64,000 nt of DNA, taken from Vicugna vicugna. Lineage: Eukaryota. This document shows positions 50,273 to 60,246 of the stretch, piece after piece. The notes under the pieces are model-generated. The model was given only the letters and a program-made list of their open reading frames with translations. It made no database searches and had not been told where the DNA came from. The translations under genes and the position numbers were made by a program. The stretch's first letter is position 1. Every line of letters starts with the position of its first letter. The DNA lies in assembly GCA_013265495.1 (NCBI GenBank), contig MU060486.1, positions 434,001 to 498,000 of the forward strand, read 5' to 3'.

Positions 50273-50390
50273 GTGAGTGACGGCAGCCTGACAGTGACAT
50301 CGGTCAGTCGGGAGGACAGAGGTGCCTACACCTGTCGTGCGTACAGTATCCAAGGGGAGGCCATGCACACCACCCACCTGCTCGTCCAAG
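50273..50390 (+). CDS. IGSF9B: IGSF9B exon 5 (Ig2 C-half)
   Basis: ctcggccccag|GTG AGT GAC...; VSDGSLTVTSVSREDRGAYTCRAYSIQGEAMHTTHLLVQ; donor AAG|gtgagg; 118 nt. Confidence 0.96.
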
Positions 50391-51348
50391 GTGAGGCGTT
50401 GCCCGGGGCATGTGGCTTCGCCGGGTATGCGTGGGGAGGTGGGCAGCCCGTAAGCAGCTGGGTGGGGGCTCCTCCCTGAATTGTGTGCCTCACGGCCACA
50501 GCTCCCGTGGTGGCCCACGGCCGGGCTGGCAAGAGGCCCCGTGCTGAGCAGGTTTCAGTGTCTCTAAATGTGCAGGTGGCGTCCTGGCATGACCCTCTCC
50601 CCTGGGGGAGGAGTCCCCGCCAGGTCTCCATCCTCTGGCCTCGGTAAATAAACACAGGAATTCATTTTGAACCCCAGAGGTTTAAGTAACACTATGGGGC
50701 TCGGCCAAGCTGGATCTGCAGGGTAGCACCCGAGATGCCCGTCTGCCCTGCCCGGCCGAGGCCCCCATCCACCCCCGCCTGCGGGAGGAGAGGGAGGTGG
50801 TGGTGAGGTGCCTCCCTCCCTGCGACTCCAGGAGAGCACCCCCTCTCTGGAGAGGGGGGCCGGCAGCGCCGCGCTGCTGGGATGGCTCCCTGCCCCGCCT
50901 GCTGTCCCCCGCCTGCCCTCTTCACCTCTGTCCGTCAGCACACAAGCCTCTCCTGCAGAGGCCAGACTGTCCCTTGCTCTGGGTGTAGAGGGCGCTTCTC
51001 CCCCGTGGCTGTGTGCTGCGCAGGGCCTGCTGCAGAGAAGGGAGGACTGTGTGTGCATGCGTGTGTGTGTGTGGAGGGTGAGGTGGCTGCTTGGGGACCT
51101 GGGATTTACAGGGGTGGGCGTCCACCGCGGGCTGAGGGTCATGTGGCCACACCTCCGGCCACTTGCATCCCTGGGACCCGTGGAAGAGGGAGAACCTGAA
51201 CGCAGGCAGGGGTGGGTGTGTCTCCATGACGACCGCCTGGGACCGGTGCCCCTGCCTGCCCGCCCGCCCGCCCAGGGCTCAGGACTTCCTGGGAGCCCAG
51301 AGTGGTCATCCCCTCCCGGTGACGCCATGCTTGTTCCTGTTCCCCCAG

Positions 51349-51490
51349 GGCCACCCTTCATAGTGTCCCCTCCTGAGAACATCACTGTCAACATATCCCA
51401 GGATGCTCTGCTCACCTGCCGGGCGGAGGCCTACCCCGGCAACCTCACCTACACCTGGTACTGGCAGGACGAGAACGTCTACTTCCAGAA
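51349..51490 (+). CDS. IGSF9B: IGSF9B exon 6 (Ig3 N-half)
   Basis: cctgttcccccag|GG CCA CCC...; GPPFIVSPPENITVNISQDALLTCRAEAYPGNLTYTWYWQDENVYFQ; donor GAA|gtgagt; 142 nt. Confidence 0.96.
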
Positions 51491-51728
51491 GTGAGTGCCC
51501 TGCACTGCCCCTCGGGGCCCCCAGCCGGGTGCTGGGGGGTGGGGCTCTGAGTAGGGGCTGCCCTTGGGCCCTGGGAGCTGGGGGGTGCAGCCCATGGGGC
51601 CTGCGTGTTAGCGCTGGTGTCTGCCCAGAGGGCCTGGGGATCGAGGAGGCTCTCGTCTCTCCTCACCCGCGGGGCGGACTCGCTGCTCGCTCATCTCATG
51701 GACGACTCCGCGTCCTGTGTCCCCGCAG

Positions 51729-51874
51729 TGACCTGAAGCTCAGAGTGCGCATCCTGATCGACGGGACGTTGATCATCTTCCGGGTGAAGCCGGAGGACGC
51801 AGGGAAGTACACCTGCGTCCCAAGCAACAGCCTGGGGCGCTCCCCCTCGGCTTCTGCGTACCTGACCGTGCAGT
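51729..51874 (+). CDS. IGSF9B: IGSF9B exon 7 (Ig3 C-half)
   Basis: gtgtccccgcag|T GAC CTG...; NDLKLRVRILIDGTLIIFRVKPEDAGKYTCVPSNSLGRSPSASAYLTVQ; donor AGT|gtgagt; 146 nt. Confidence 0.96.
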
Positions 51875-53973
51875 GTGAGTCAGGGCGAGGCCGGGGGGCT
51901 GGCCGGGCTGATCAGCTGGGGTCTTTGAAGGGCCGCGCGGCTGCCCGTGACCACTGACCCTTTCCAGCAGCCTCACTCAGCCGGGCTTGAGGGCGGGCGG
52001 CCTCCTGGACGCTGGGTCCTTGTGCCGGGTGCTGCCGGCCCCTCCGTCTGCCCTTCAGCGTGTGTGCGAGGGCACGCAGGCTCCACCCTGGGGGTTAGCT
52101 CCTCTGTCTCCCCACCTGGACGGGCGTGCGGGCGAGGGGGACAGACCCTCTCCTGCGGTGATGGATCGGTTCCTGGGCCCCTCGCGGCTTCCCCGCCCCA
52201 CCGCTCCAGGCCTCCAGGGACCCCAGAGCAGGAGCCACTCTGGGGCCAGAGCTTTTGTGCCCTCTCACCCAGCTTGCCAGTCCTGAGGGCCGCTGCGCGG
52301 TCACTGCTGCCCCTCCCCTGCGGGCTGGTGGCTGTGGGAGAGCAGATGAGTGATGAGGGTTAATCTCTTCCCCTTGTCTGCCAGGCTCCGTCACTCAGGC
52401 AACAAAGGCCCCTCCCGAGGTGGTAGGTGACAGGCTCTGTGTCACGTGAGGGCTTGTGTGGCAGAAACTCGTGCCCCCGCAGCGTGGAGAGTGGTCTAGA
52501 GAGGGGTGGCCGGGGCAGCATCTGAGCTGAGGACATTAGATCAGCCAGTGACCCCCGGAGGTGGCTGGTCTCCGCCGCCGCCAGGCGGGGCTGGGTGTCC
52601 GTGCTGCTCTGCTGATGCCCTGGTGGCAGTGGGGCGGGCCGGGCCGGGCCCTGATGTTGCCGGTGGGGCCAAGGCATCCTCTGTCCACTTCTGCTGTCAG
52701 CGGCTGAGGAGGGCTTGCAGCTTGCCCTCTTCTAGGTCCCAGGTTCTTAAAAGCTGTCTGTGAGGCACCAGAAACGCCCAGGACATCGGGTCTGTCACTC
52801 TCAGCCCTGCAGGAGGAGAAGGCATGTCAGGAAGCTCTTATAAGCGACTTACCCTGGGCCCCGGCTGTGCGGGATGTGCCGGAGCTGAGGGAAGGGAAGG
52901 CTCCTTTCGGAGCAGGTGCTGTCTGCTTGTCACCTGCATGAAGGGGGCAGTGGGGGTGGGGCCAGTAGGGGGTGGAGCTCCAGGAACAGTGATTCGCAGG
53001 TTGAAGGCCCCTCCTCCAGGCTGCCTGCCTTGCTTCTGCAGGGGGGAGGGGAGTGTGGTTCCTGCCTCCCTCCGCCGGTGCCCTCACCCACAGCCACTTG
53101 TCCTTCCCTCCTTCCTGCCTTCCGAGAGAATGGGGGGGGGGCGGTGAGATTTTTCAGGTGGGTGGGACAAGGATCTTTGTTTCTGCTTAGAAGCAGTATT
53201 CAGAATATTTCCCATTCATAAACCCTTTGAAAACCTTGGAGGAAAAAAACCCCTCTGCCACACAGAAGTGAAGTAGGAAGCTCTGTCTAAATATATAACT
53301 CGGCCTGGTGTTTACGTAACGCTGTTCCCCGAAGGGCTCCAGGCGCAAGGCAGAGAGCAGCCCGTTCACCCCACCACCTCCCTGGCTGTCTGGATCCTTC
53401 TCCCCGGAGGCCCTGGGGGAGCCCGGGGATCATGGAGGTGACACTCGCCCACGTCCCTGAGGTCCGGGTGGGCCGGGCACCGGGAAGCGCAGAGAGGGGA
53501 GAAGCCTGGCGGTTCTGGCCCTGGCCTTCATGCAGAGAACCGTGTTCCCCGTGGGCTGAGGCTGTGGTGAGGGGGAGTCCCGCAGAGACTTGGGAAGGTG
53601 TCGTCCGATGTTGGTTTTGAGGTTTGGACTCGAGGGGCTGAGGGGGTGGATGCTGATGGTGAGGTCCACGGGAAAGGGCACTTGAGGAGTGCTGAGGGTG
53701 GGCCCAGCGGGCGCGGGCTCGGTGGCCTCCCGCATTCAGGCAGGAGCTCTTCAGAGTGTGGCAGGCTGGGTGGGCAGACGGAGGACGTCTGCAGTCGGCC
53801 CCAGGAGGGGCCGGGCTTCACCAGGCAGGCACCTGGCCCTGCATCGAGTGTGAGGACACAGGCAGCGAGCGAGTGGGCTGGGCGGGTGTCCCCGGGGGCC
53901 CCTGGGCTGGGTGGCGGCCGGCCCCCACCCAGATTTCTCACCTCTGCTCCCCCCAACCACGCTGCCTGCGCAG

Positions 53974-54116
53974 ACCCAGCCCGTGTCCTCAACATGCCCC
54001 CCGTGATCTACGTGCCCGTGGGCATCCACGGCTACATCCGCTGCCCTGTGGACGCAGAGCCGCCGGCCACCGTGGTCAAGTGGAACAAGGACGGCCGCCC
54101 CCTGCAGGTCGAGAAG
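53974..54116 (+). CDS. IGSF9B: IGSF9B exon 8 (Ig4 N-half)
   Basis: ctgcctgcgcag|AC CCA GCC...; YPARVLNMPPVIYVPVGIHGYIRCPVDAEPPATVVKWNKDGRPLQVEK; donor AAG|gtgctg; 143 nt. Confidence 0.95.
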
Positions 54117-54360
54117 GTGCTGGAGGGACGCCCCGCCCCCCAGACTCTGGGAAAGCAAAGAGCTGCTCTGCGGGGGTCTGAGTCCGGCAGGGTCAAGGCC
54201 CTTCTCCAGGGCCCTGAGATGCCCCCGCCCTGGCCCGCCCGTGCCCTGCCCGGCCCGCCCACAGCGGGCACGCAGCCGCTCAGCGCAGGCCTGGCTGGCG
54301 GGCTGGGCCTGAGCGTCAGCCCCTGACTGCGGCTCTGCTCTGCCTTCTGTGCTCCGGCAG

Positions 54361-54501
54361 AACCTGGGCTGGACCTTGCTGGAGGACGGCTCCATTCGGA
54401 TTGAGGAGGCCACAGAGGAGGCTCTTGGCACGTACACCTGTGTGCCTTACAACACCTTGGGGACCATGGGCCAGTCTGCTCCTGCGAGGCTTGTCCTGAA
54501 G
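54361..54501 (+). CDS. IGSF9B: IGSF9B exon 9 (Ig4 C-half)
   Basis: gtgctccggcag|AAC CTG...; NLGWTLLEDGSIRIEEATEEALGTYTCVPYNTLGTMGQSAPARLVLK; donor AAG|gtgagg; 141 nt. Confidence 0.96.
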
Positions 54502-54581
54502 GTGAGGCCGGGGCTGCGAGGGGCAGCTGTGGGGGCCGGTGCCTGAGATGCCCAGCGTCACGGCGGGTCCCGCTCTCCTAG

Positions 54582-54698
54582 GACCCCCCGTACTTTACGG
54601 TGCTACCTGGCTGGGAGTACAGGCAGGAAGCCGGCCGGGAGCTGCTCATCCCCTGCGCAGCTGCAGGGGACCCCTTCCCTGTCATCACGTGGAGAAAG
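54582..54698 (+). CDS. IGSF9B: IGSF9B exon 10 (Ig5 N-half)
   Basis: cgctctcctag|GAC CCC...; DPPYFTVLPGWEYRQEAGRELLIPCAAAGDPFPVITWRK; donor AAG|gtacct; 117 nt. Confidence 0.96.
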
Positions 54699-54966
54699 GT
54701 ACCTCTGAGCTCTGGGCACCCCGGGAGCAGGGGACAGGGCCTGGCCCAGCAACGGCTCTGTTCTGACGGGGCGGGGGCCAAGCAGTGAGGTGACTTCCGG
54801 AGGCCTGGGTGCCCTGAGCAGGGCAGCGGAGGGGTGCAGGCTGAGGCCTGGCACTGCCCCGTCCCTTCCCGGGCCCTGAGTGTCGGTGGCTTCCCTCCTT
54901 CCCTGCCCGACCTGGCTCCTCCCTGCCGCCCTCTCCCGCCCTCCTTCCTGCCCCCGTTTGGCCAAG

Positions 54967-55117
54967 GTAGGGAAGCCCAGCAGAAGCAAGCACAACGTCC
55001 TGCCCAGCGGGAGCCTCCAGTTCCGTGCGCTGAGTAAGGAGGACCACGGGGAGTGGGAGTGTGTCGCCACCAACGTGGTCACCAGCATCACTGCCAGCAC
55101 CCACCTGACCGTCATCG
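54967..55117 (+). CDS. IGSF9B: IGSF9B exon 11 (Ig5 C-half)
   Basis: cccgtttggccaag|GTA GGG AAG...; VGKPSRSKHNVLPSGSLQFRALSKEDHGEWECVATNVVTSITASTHLTVI; donor TCG|gtacgg; 151 nt. Confidence 0.94.
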
Positions 55118-55832
55118 GTACGGGGCGCAGGCGGGCGGGCTGCGGTCTGGGTGCCGGGCTGTCTGCTCCATGGGGGCCTCTCCCAGGTCTGTGCTGGGCC
55201 CCGCTACCTGGGGCTCAGGGCGTGTGTGTCCGTTTTCTCTGCCTGAGGCGTGTGCCCAGGACGTCAGCCTCTGGGGACGGACAGCCCAGCTGTCACAGCA
55301 GCCTTAGACTCAGTACCAAGTGGTGCATCGCCGCATACAGCTTCCGAGCTGGGGCTGGAGCTCCCTCGGCGCAGGCGCGTGGAGACCGAGGCTGGCCTGG
55401 GTGGGACGCCGTGCCCAGCGTCACGGCGCTGCAAATCGACAGGCGGGCCCAGGACTCAGACCCTCGCCGCAGTCGCTGGCGGTGTGCTGGGCTGCCTCGC
55501 ACGCTGGGTGTGGGTCTCATGAGGCCGGGGAGCTGCTTGGGGCGGGGCCTGTGGCTTTGTCCGTGGCCACAGGAGTGTTCTGTGCTCCCCAGATGAGCGC
55601 AGGCCTCGGCCTGGGTTGACTGCCAGCTCCTGGCTTCCCTTTGGCCCTTAATGCTCCTGCCGCCTCCGGCTGGAGGGACGGGTGTCCTGCTCCAACTCTG
55701 CTACCCCGCGGGGCCAGGGCGCCGCTGCTCGGAGCACCCTGGTCCCCATCACCCCACGCGGGGCCCCGTGCTTGCCTCGCGCAGCTCCGTGGGCGCAGTT
55801 CTCCATCTGAGCGGTGTCCCCTTGGTCTCCAG

Positions 55833-55944
55833 GCACCAGCCCCCACGCCCCAGGCAGTGTCCGGGTCCAGGTCTCCATGACAGCTGCCAACGTGTCCTGG
55901 GAGCCGGGCTACGACGGAGGTTTTGAGCAGACATTCTCTGTTTG
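55833..55944 (+). CDS. IGSF9B: IGSF9B exon 12 (FN3-1 N-half); alternative end at 55956
   Basis: ccttggtctccag|GC ACC AGC...; GTSPHAPGSVRVQVSMTAANVSWEPGYDGGFEQTFSVW; donor TTG|gtacgg (112 nt) or in-frame TCT|gtgagt 12 nt further on. Confidence 0.94.
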
Positions 55945-57988
55945 GTACGGACCTCTGTGAGTCGCCCCTGCACGCCTCGCTCTCTGCTCCCCTCCCCAAC
56001 CCGACCCAGTCAGTCCCCGGGGAGGGGGCGGGGTGCAGGTTAGGAGAGGCGAGAGGCGGAGGCTCTTTGCCTGCCCAGCCTGGACGGTGAGGTGTGTTGA
56101 CACAGTGAGACCCAGTGGAGGCTTCTGGGCGGGGGTGGGGTGGGGGTAGGCCCCTGAGGGATGGCGGGAGTGGATGGGGCAGTGCCTGAAGGGCCCCTCG
56201 CCCTGTGCCCCACCCGCCTCCGCTGACCTGCCCCCGCCAGTGTCCTTGGCTCGCTCCTCTTCTGCTTTCCTGCCCTCTCCTGATCTTCCCGGGCGCCGTG
56301 ACACAGCCCAGCGGGAAGCGCAGACTCTAATTTTCATTCTGTCCCTTCCTCAGTGGCTCTAGGAGCCAGTGTGAGGTGGCACTCACTCACCTTCCCAGCT
56401 TTGTCTTCACGTGTGCACCCTCTCTCTCTGGCTGTGTGTCTGTTACTTTTGTATCTAGGTATTAATCAGTTGAGCCAGATGCAGTGATTTGAGATCTTTG
56501 TCCAGACCTTGGGGTAGGCAGGCATCTCAGCAATGCCTGAGTCAGACTGAGGACAGGAGGCGAGGGAAGGCTGGAGAGAGCCTCAGCTGAGGTTCACCCG
56601 TCCCCTTAGGGTTTCCCTGTCCCACATCCCCATCCCAAGCCAGGAACTGGCCACCTGCATCGTGGGTGACATCCTTGGGGGGGCGGGGGGTGGACCCTCA
56701 CCTCAGCTCCTTTCCAGACCTGTCCTATCTGGGTGTGTATTCCGGCCAGGCCTGGGGAGGAGGAAACAGTCCAGGGGCTCCTGGGGTTCAGGGGGAGCCT
56801 GCACACACTTCTCAGTGGTGGGGGTGTCGAGAGGGACCCGGCCCATTTCCCAGACTGATCATCGAGGCATTGAGTTCTGGACACTCTCTGGACTGGGTGG
56901 TGAGCTTGGGGGGCTCGGGGTTGAAGCAGAGGACCATCCACCCCCGTCTGTTCCCCGAGGCAGGTGGCTGTGTGGCCAGGCAGGGCGCGTGGCGTGGCCG
57001 GGCTGCCCTGGGAGGTCTGGGTGCAGACTGGGTCCCTCCCGGCTGCGCGCTGCCCCGTCTGCAGCTGCTCTGCTTGCTGGCACCCTCTGCTCGCCTACTG
57101 TGGTGCCGGGGCAGAAGGGCAGTCGCAAGGCGGGAGGTCTCCTTTCCTCCTCCCTTTCTGCCCTGACGTCTGGCGCTGGCTTCTCTGTGCTGTGCTTCCC
57201 TGTCTCAGCTCCAGTTCCTGGGTGTGGGCAGCCGTGAGCCTGAAAACCCGGAGGGTCGGCGGCCACCGAGGGCTGCCTGGCCAGTCCAGTGGGACAATGT
57301 CCCCTCCCTGTGGTGGTACCACGACACTGCACTGGTGTGGGGCTTCATGGCTGGTGCGGGGTTAGGTGGGCCGCAGAGTGAGGGATGACCCTCACCCCTG
57401 GTTCCAGTGCCGCCTTCCTTAATTGCCACTTCTAGCTCGGAAGGCCTTGGGGGTCCTGGCCCCCTCCGTGGGGAAGCCTGGTCGTCCTCATCACATACCC
57501 TGGACCTCCTGAACGACTCAGGCCTGGCTGGACGGGGCGAGCCCCCAGACCACCCCAGGCCCCAGTCCTGGCCATCCCCCAGAGGCCAGGAGCGGAGGGC
57601 CCCCGGGCTCCCTGGTCCTGCCCGTGCTCATCCTCACTTCCCACGCTGGCACCTGCCTTGTCCCCAGTGTCCTCACTGCCAAGGCAGTGCCACTCTGGGC
57701 TGTGACCAAGGTGAGATTCTCCCAGAATGCAGTTGGTAACTTGACCACTGTCTCGAGCATCACTGATAACCAAGGGTCCCTTTTAGTAGAGGAGGTACCA
57801 GCTATGGCAGGTGACCCACAAGGTTGGGCACAGCCAAAGCTGGGTAGCTCAGCTGCCCTGGTCATGACCTGCTGCGGTCCTCGAACCTGGGAAGGCTGCG
57901 TTGCCCCAGCACCTCCAGGACCTGTGTGCTCTCTCGTGTCTCCAGTGTGACCCCCCCGCCCCCTTGTCCCTGGTCCTCTCTTGGGCAG

Positions 57989-58164
57989 GATGAAGCGGGC
58001 GCAGTTTGGGCCCCATGACTGGCTGTCGCTGCCTGTGCCTCTGGGACCCAGCTGGCTACTTGTGGATGCCCTGGAGCCCGAGACCGCGTACCAGTTCAGC
58101 GTCCTGGCCCAGAACAAGCTGGGAGCGAGCGCCTTCAGTGAGGTGGTCACTGTGAACACTCTAG
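57989..58164 (+). CDS. IGSF9B: IGSF9B exon 13 (FN3-1 C-half)
   Basis: ctctcttgggcag|G ATG AAG...; MKRAQFGPHDWLSLPVPLGPSWLLVDALEPETAYQFSVLAQNKLGASAFSEVVTVNTL; donor TAG|gtgagg; 176 nt. Confidence 0.96.
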
Positions 58165-58663
58165 GTGAGGCCGGGTGGCGACGTTCCTGCGGGAGCCGGG
58201 AAAGGTGGTCACGGGGCTGCCGGCGTTTCCTGCCCACTGTATGCAGGCGCCTTGCTAAGTTCCTCACACGGCTGTCCCTGGCCTCCCAGTGAGGATCCGT
58301 CCTTCTGTTCCACGGGGTTTGCGGACCAGAGTGCCCAGGCCCACCTTAGAGCGCTTTGGGCCCGATCCCTGCGGTGTCCCCACATGGACAGAAGAGCTCG
58401 AGGTTCCTCCCTCCCGGTTGGCCATGTGCTAGCATTTTCCTTGGCTTCACAGGGGCCTGGGGACCCTTCCTCCTCCTCCTGTGCACCTGCTGATCCCTAC
58501 CTCTGGCCTTGGCCTCACTTGGTGGCAGGCGTGGGGCCGAGTCTTCCTTCCGGACACCGGCCACTCACTCCCTCCGCCTGTCCGTGGTGGTTTGTCCCCT
58601 TCCAGTGGCCAGAGGGGGCAGCTGTGAAAGGCGGCCCCAGGCCAGCCTCGACCCGACCCTTTA

Positions 58664-58682
58664 GTGCCACCAGGGGGCAGCG
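58664..58682 (+). promoter_or_regulatory. CTCF motif (intron 13)
   Basis: GTGCCACCAGGGGGCAGCG, a near-ideal CTCF core. Confidence 0.65.
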
Positions 58683-59124
58683 GTAACCGTGCCACTCACC
58701 CCAGCACAGAGCTCCCTGCACGGGGCCCAAGAGGAACTGAGGAGACAGCAGTGTGCTGTGGGAAGGTGTTCCTACCTCCTTGGAAGAGAACTAAAAATAT
58801 GTTTTGTAGTATCTTTTTAAAGACACTGTGTTACTAAAAAGATAATTACATTTTCTTCCTCCTCCTTTCCAGTGATTCCCATTCGTTTTCCATTTGAGGG
58901 ACTCAATTCATAGGATCAGAAAGCTCTGGGCCCACTTGCTCTGCCTCCGGCCCTTGGGTCAGGAGGGCTCTTTATGCGACACTTGTCCCTGAAATGACTG
59001 TGCACTGGAGCAAGGGGACATGGCCATCGCCCTGGGGACACCTGCTGGGTTGGAGGGCAGCGTGAGGGGAGGTGTGCAGCGGCCTCAGTCTCCCTCGCTG
59101 TTGTCCCCCCTCCCCCTGCTGCAG

Positions 59125-59351
59125 CATTCCCTGTCACAACTCCAGAACCCCTGGTGCTGGTTACCCCACCGAGGTGCCTCACAGCCAACCGGACCCAGCA
59201 GGGCGTGCTCCTGTCTTGGCTCCCCCCTGCCAATCACAGCTTTCCCATCGACCGCTACATCATGGAGTTCCGTGTGGGAGAGCGCTGGGAGACGCTGGAG
59301 GACGCCATCCCCGGCACCGACGGCGACTTCTTCGCCAGGGACCTGTCACAG
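59125..59351 (+). CDS. IGSF9B: IGSF9B exon 14 (FN3-2 N-part)
   Basis: cccctgctgcag|CA TTC CCT...; AFPVTTPEPLVLVTPPRCLTANRTQQGVLLSWLPPANHSFPIDRYIMEFRVGERWETLEDAIPGTDGDFFARDLSQ; donor CAG|gtgagg; 227 nt. Confidence 0.96.
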
Positions 59352-59864
59352 GTGAGGTGCCTGGCTTTCCCTTGCTGCTCTTCTTGGTTCTGGAGGGGAT
59401 GTGAGTCTAGAGTCACTGGAAGCTCTGAGTGACCCGGCTCAGGTGTGTGAGGTCAGGCCGTGCACTGTGCCACACATCCACTCCTGTTCTCCCAGATCCA
59501 CTGCCAAGGTCAGGACCCTCAGATCCCGGCAGCCTCGGCCCCACCGATGCAGGGCCAGCTCTGGCCTTGGGGGGATTCCGGCTGCCGACACAAGCCAGGG
59601 ACGCCGGGTGCGCGATTAGCCTAGCTGGGTCACCAGACGCTGGCCTCAGCCACCTGCTGGAGTCTGACGGGGGCGGGGCAGAGAGCGTCCCAGAAGGATT
59701 GACCTGTGCCTTTGCCCAGGGAGGGGCTCCTCCTTTACCAGTTCTGAGCGCCTGGAGGAGAGCACGTTGTCTTTTCCCCAGCTGACCACCCTTCAGCCTT
59801 GCCATCCCTCCAGCAGCTCATGTCACGGATGCCGACAGTCTCGCCCGGCTTCCTTCCCTGGATG

Positions 59865-60046
59865 CCCTAGAGCTGGGACTGGCTCACGTCGGCTCCTGAG
59901 AGCCGGTGTGTGCGTTTCTTCTCAGCTCTGCTTTCTGTGACCCCATGTGCGTAGCCTGAAATCAGCCATGGTAATTGGCAAACGCTCCAAGCCAGGACTC
60001 TGTAAAACCAGAGCCCTGGTTGTTAAACACTCGGGGCACAGCACGG
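59865..60046 (+). mobile_element. MER63A-like hAT DNA transposon remnant (intron 14)
   Basis: ggctc...ggctcctgagagccg...gtagcctgaaatcagccatggt..aattggcaaacgct...ccagagccctggttgttaaacac matches recalled MER63 words gtagcttgaaatcggccatggt / aattggcaaacgctac / gagccggttgttaaaca. Confidence 0.7.
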
Positions 60047-60161
60047 CTGCGGGTGTCCAATTCCGTGTGGGATGCCTGCGGAGGTGGGAGGGGGGTGTTG
60101 TGGTGGGCTGGTGTCTGTCTCGGGCCCCCTGGCTGACGGGGTGCTGTCCTTGGGGCCGCAG

Positions 60162-60246
60162 GACACGTGGTACGAGTTCCGCGTCCTGGCTGTCATGCAG
60201 GATCTGGTCAGCGAGCCCAGCAACATCGCCGGCGTCTCTAGCACAG
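60162..60246 (+). CDS. IGSF9B: IGSF9B exon 15 (FN3-2 C-part)
   Basis: ccttggggccgcag|GAC ACG TGG...; DTWYEFRVLAVMQDLVSEPSNIAGVSST; donor CAG|gtaccc; 85 nt, ends in phase 1. Confidence 0.96.

Noticed and set aside
58574-58594. Partial RE1-like match (CTGTCCGTGGTG core)
   Set aside because: Lacks the CTGA end and the GGCG flank; only about 14/21.
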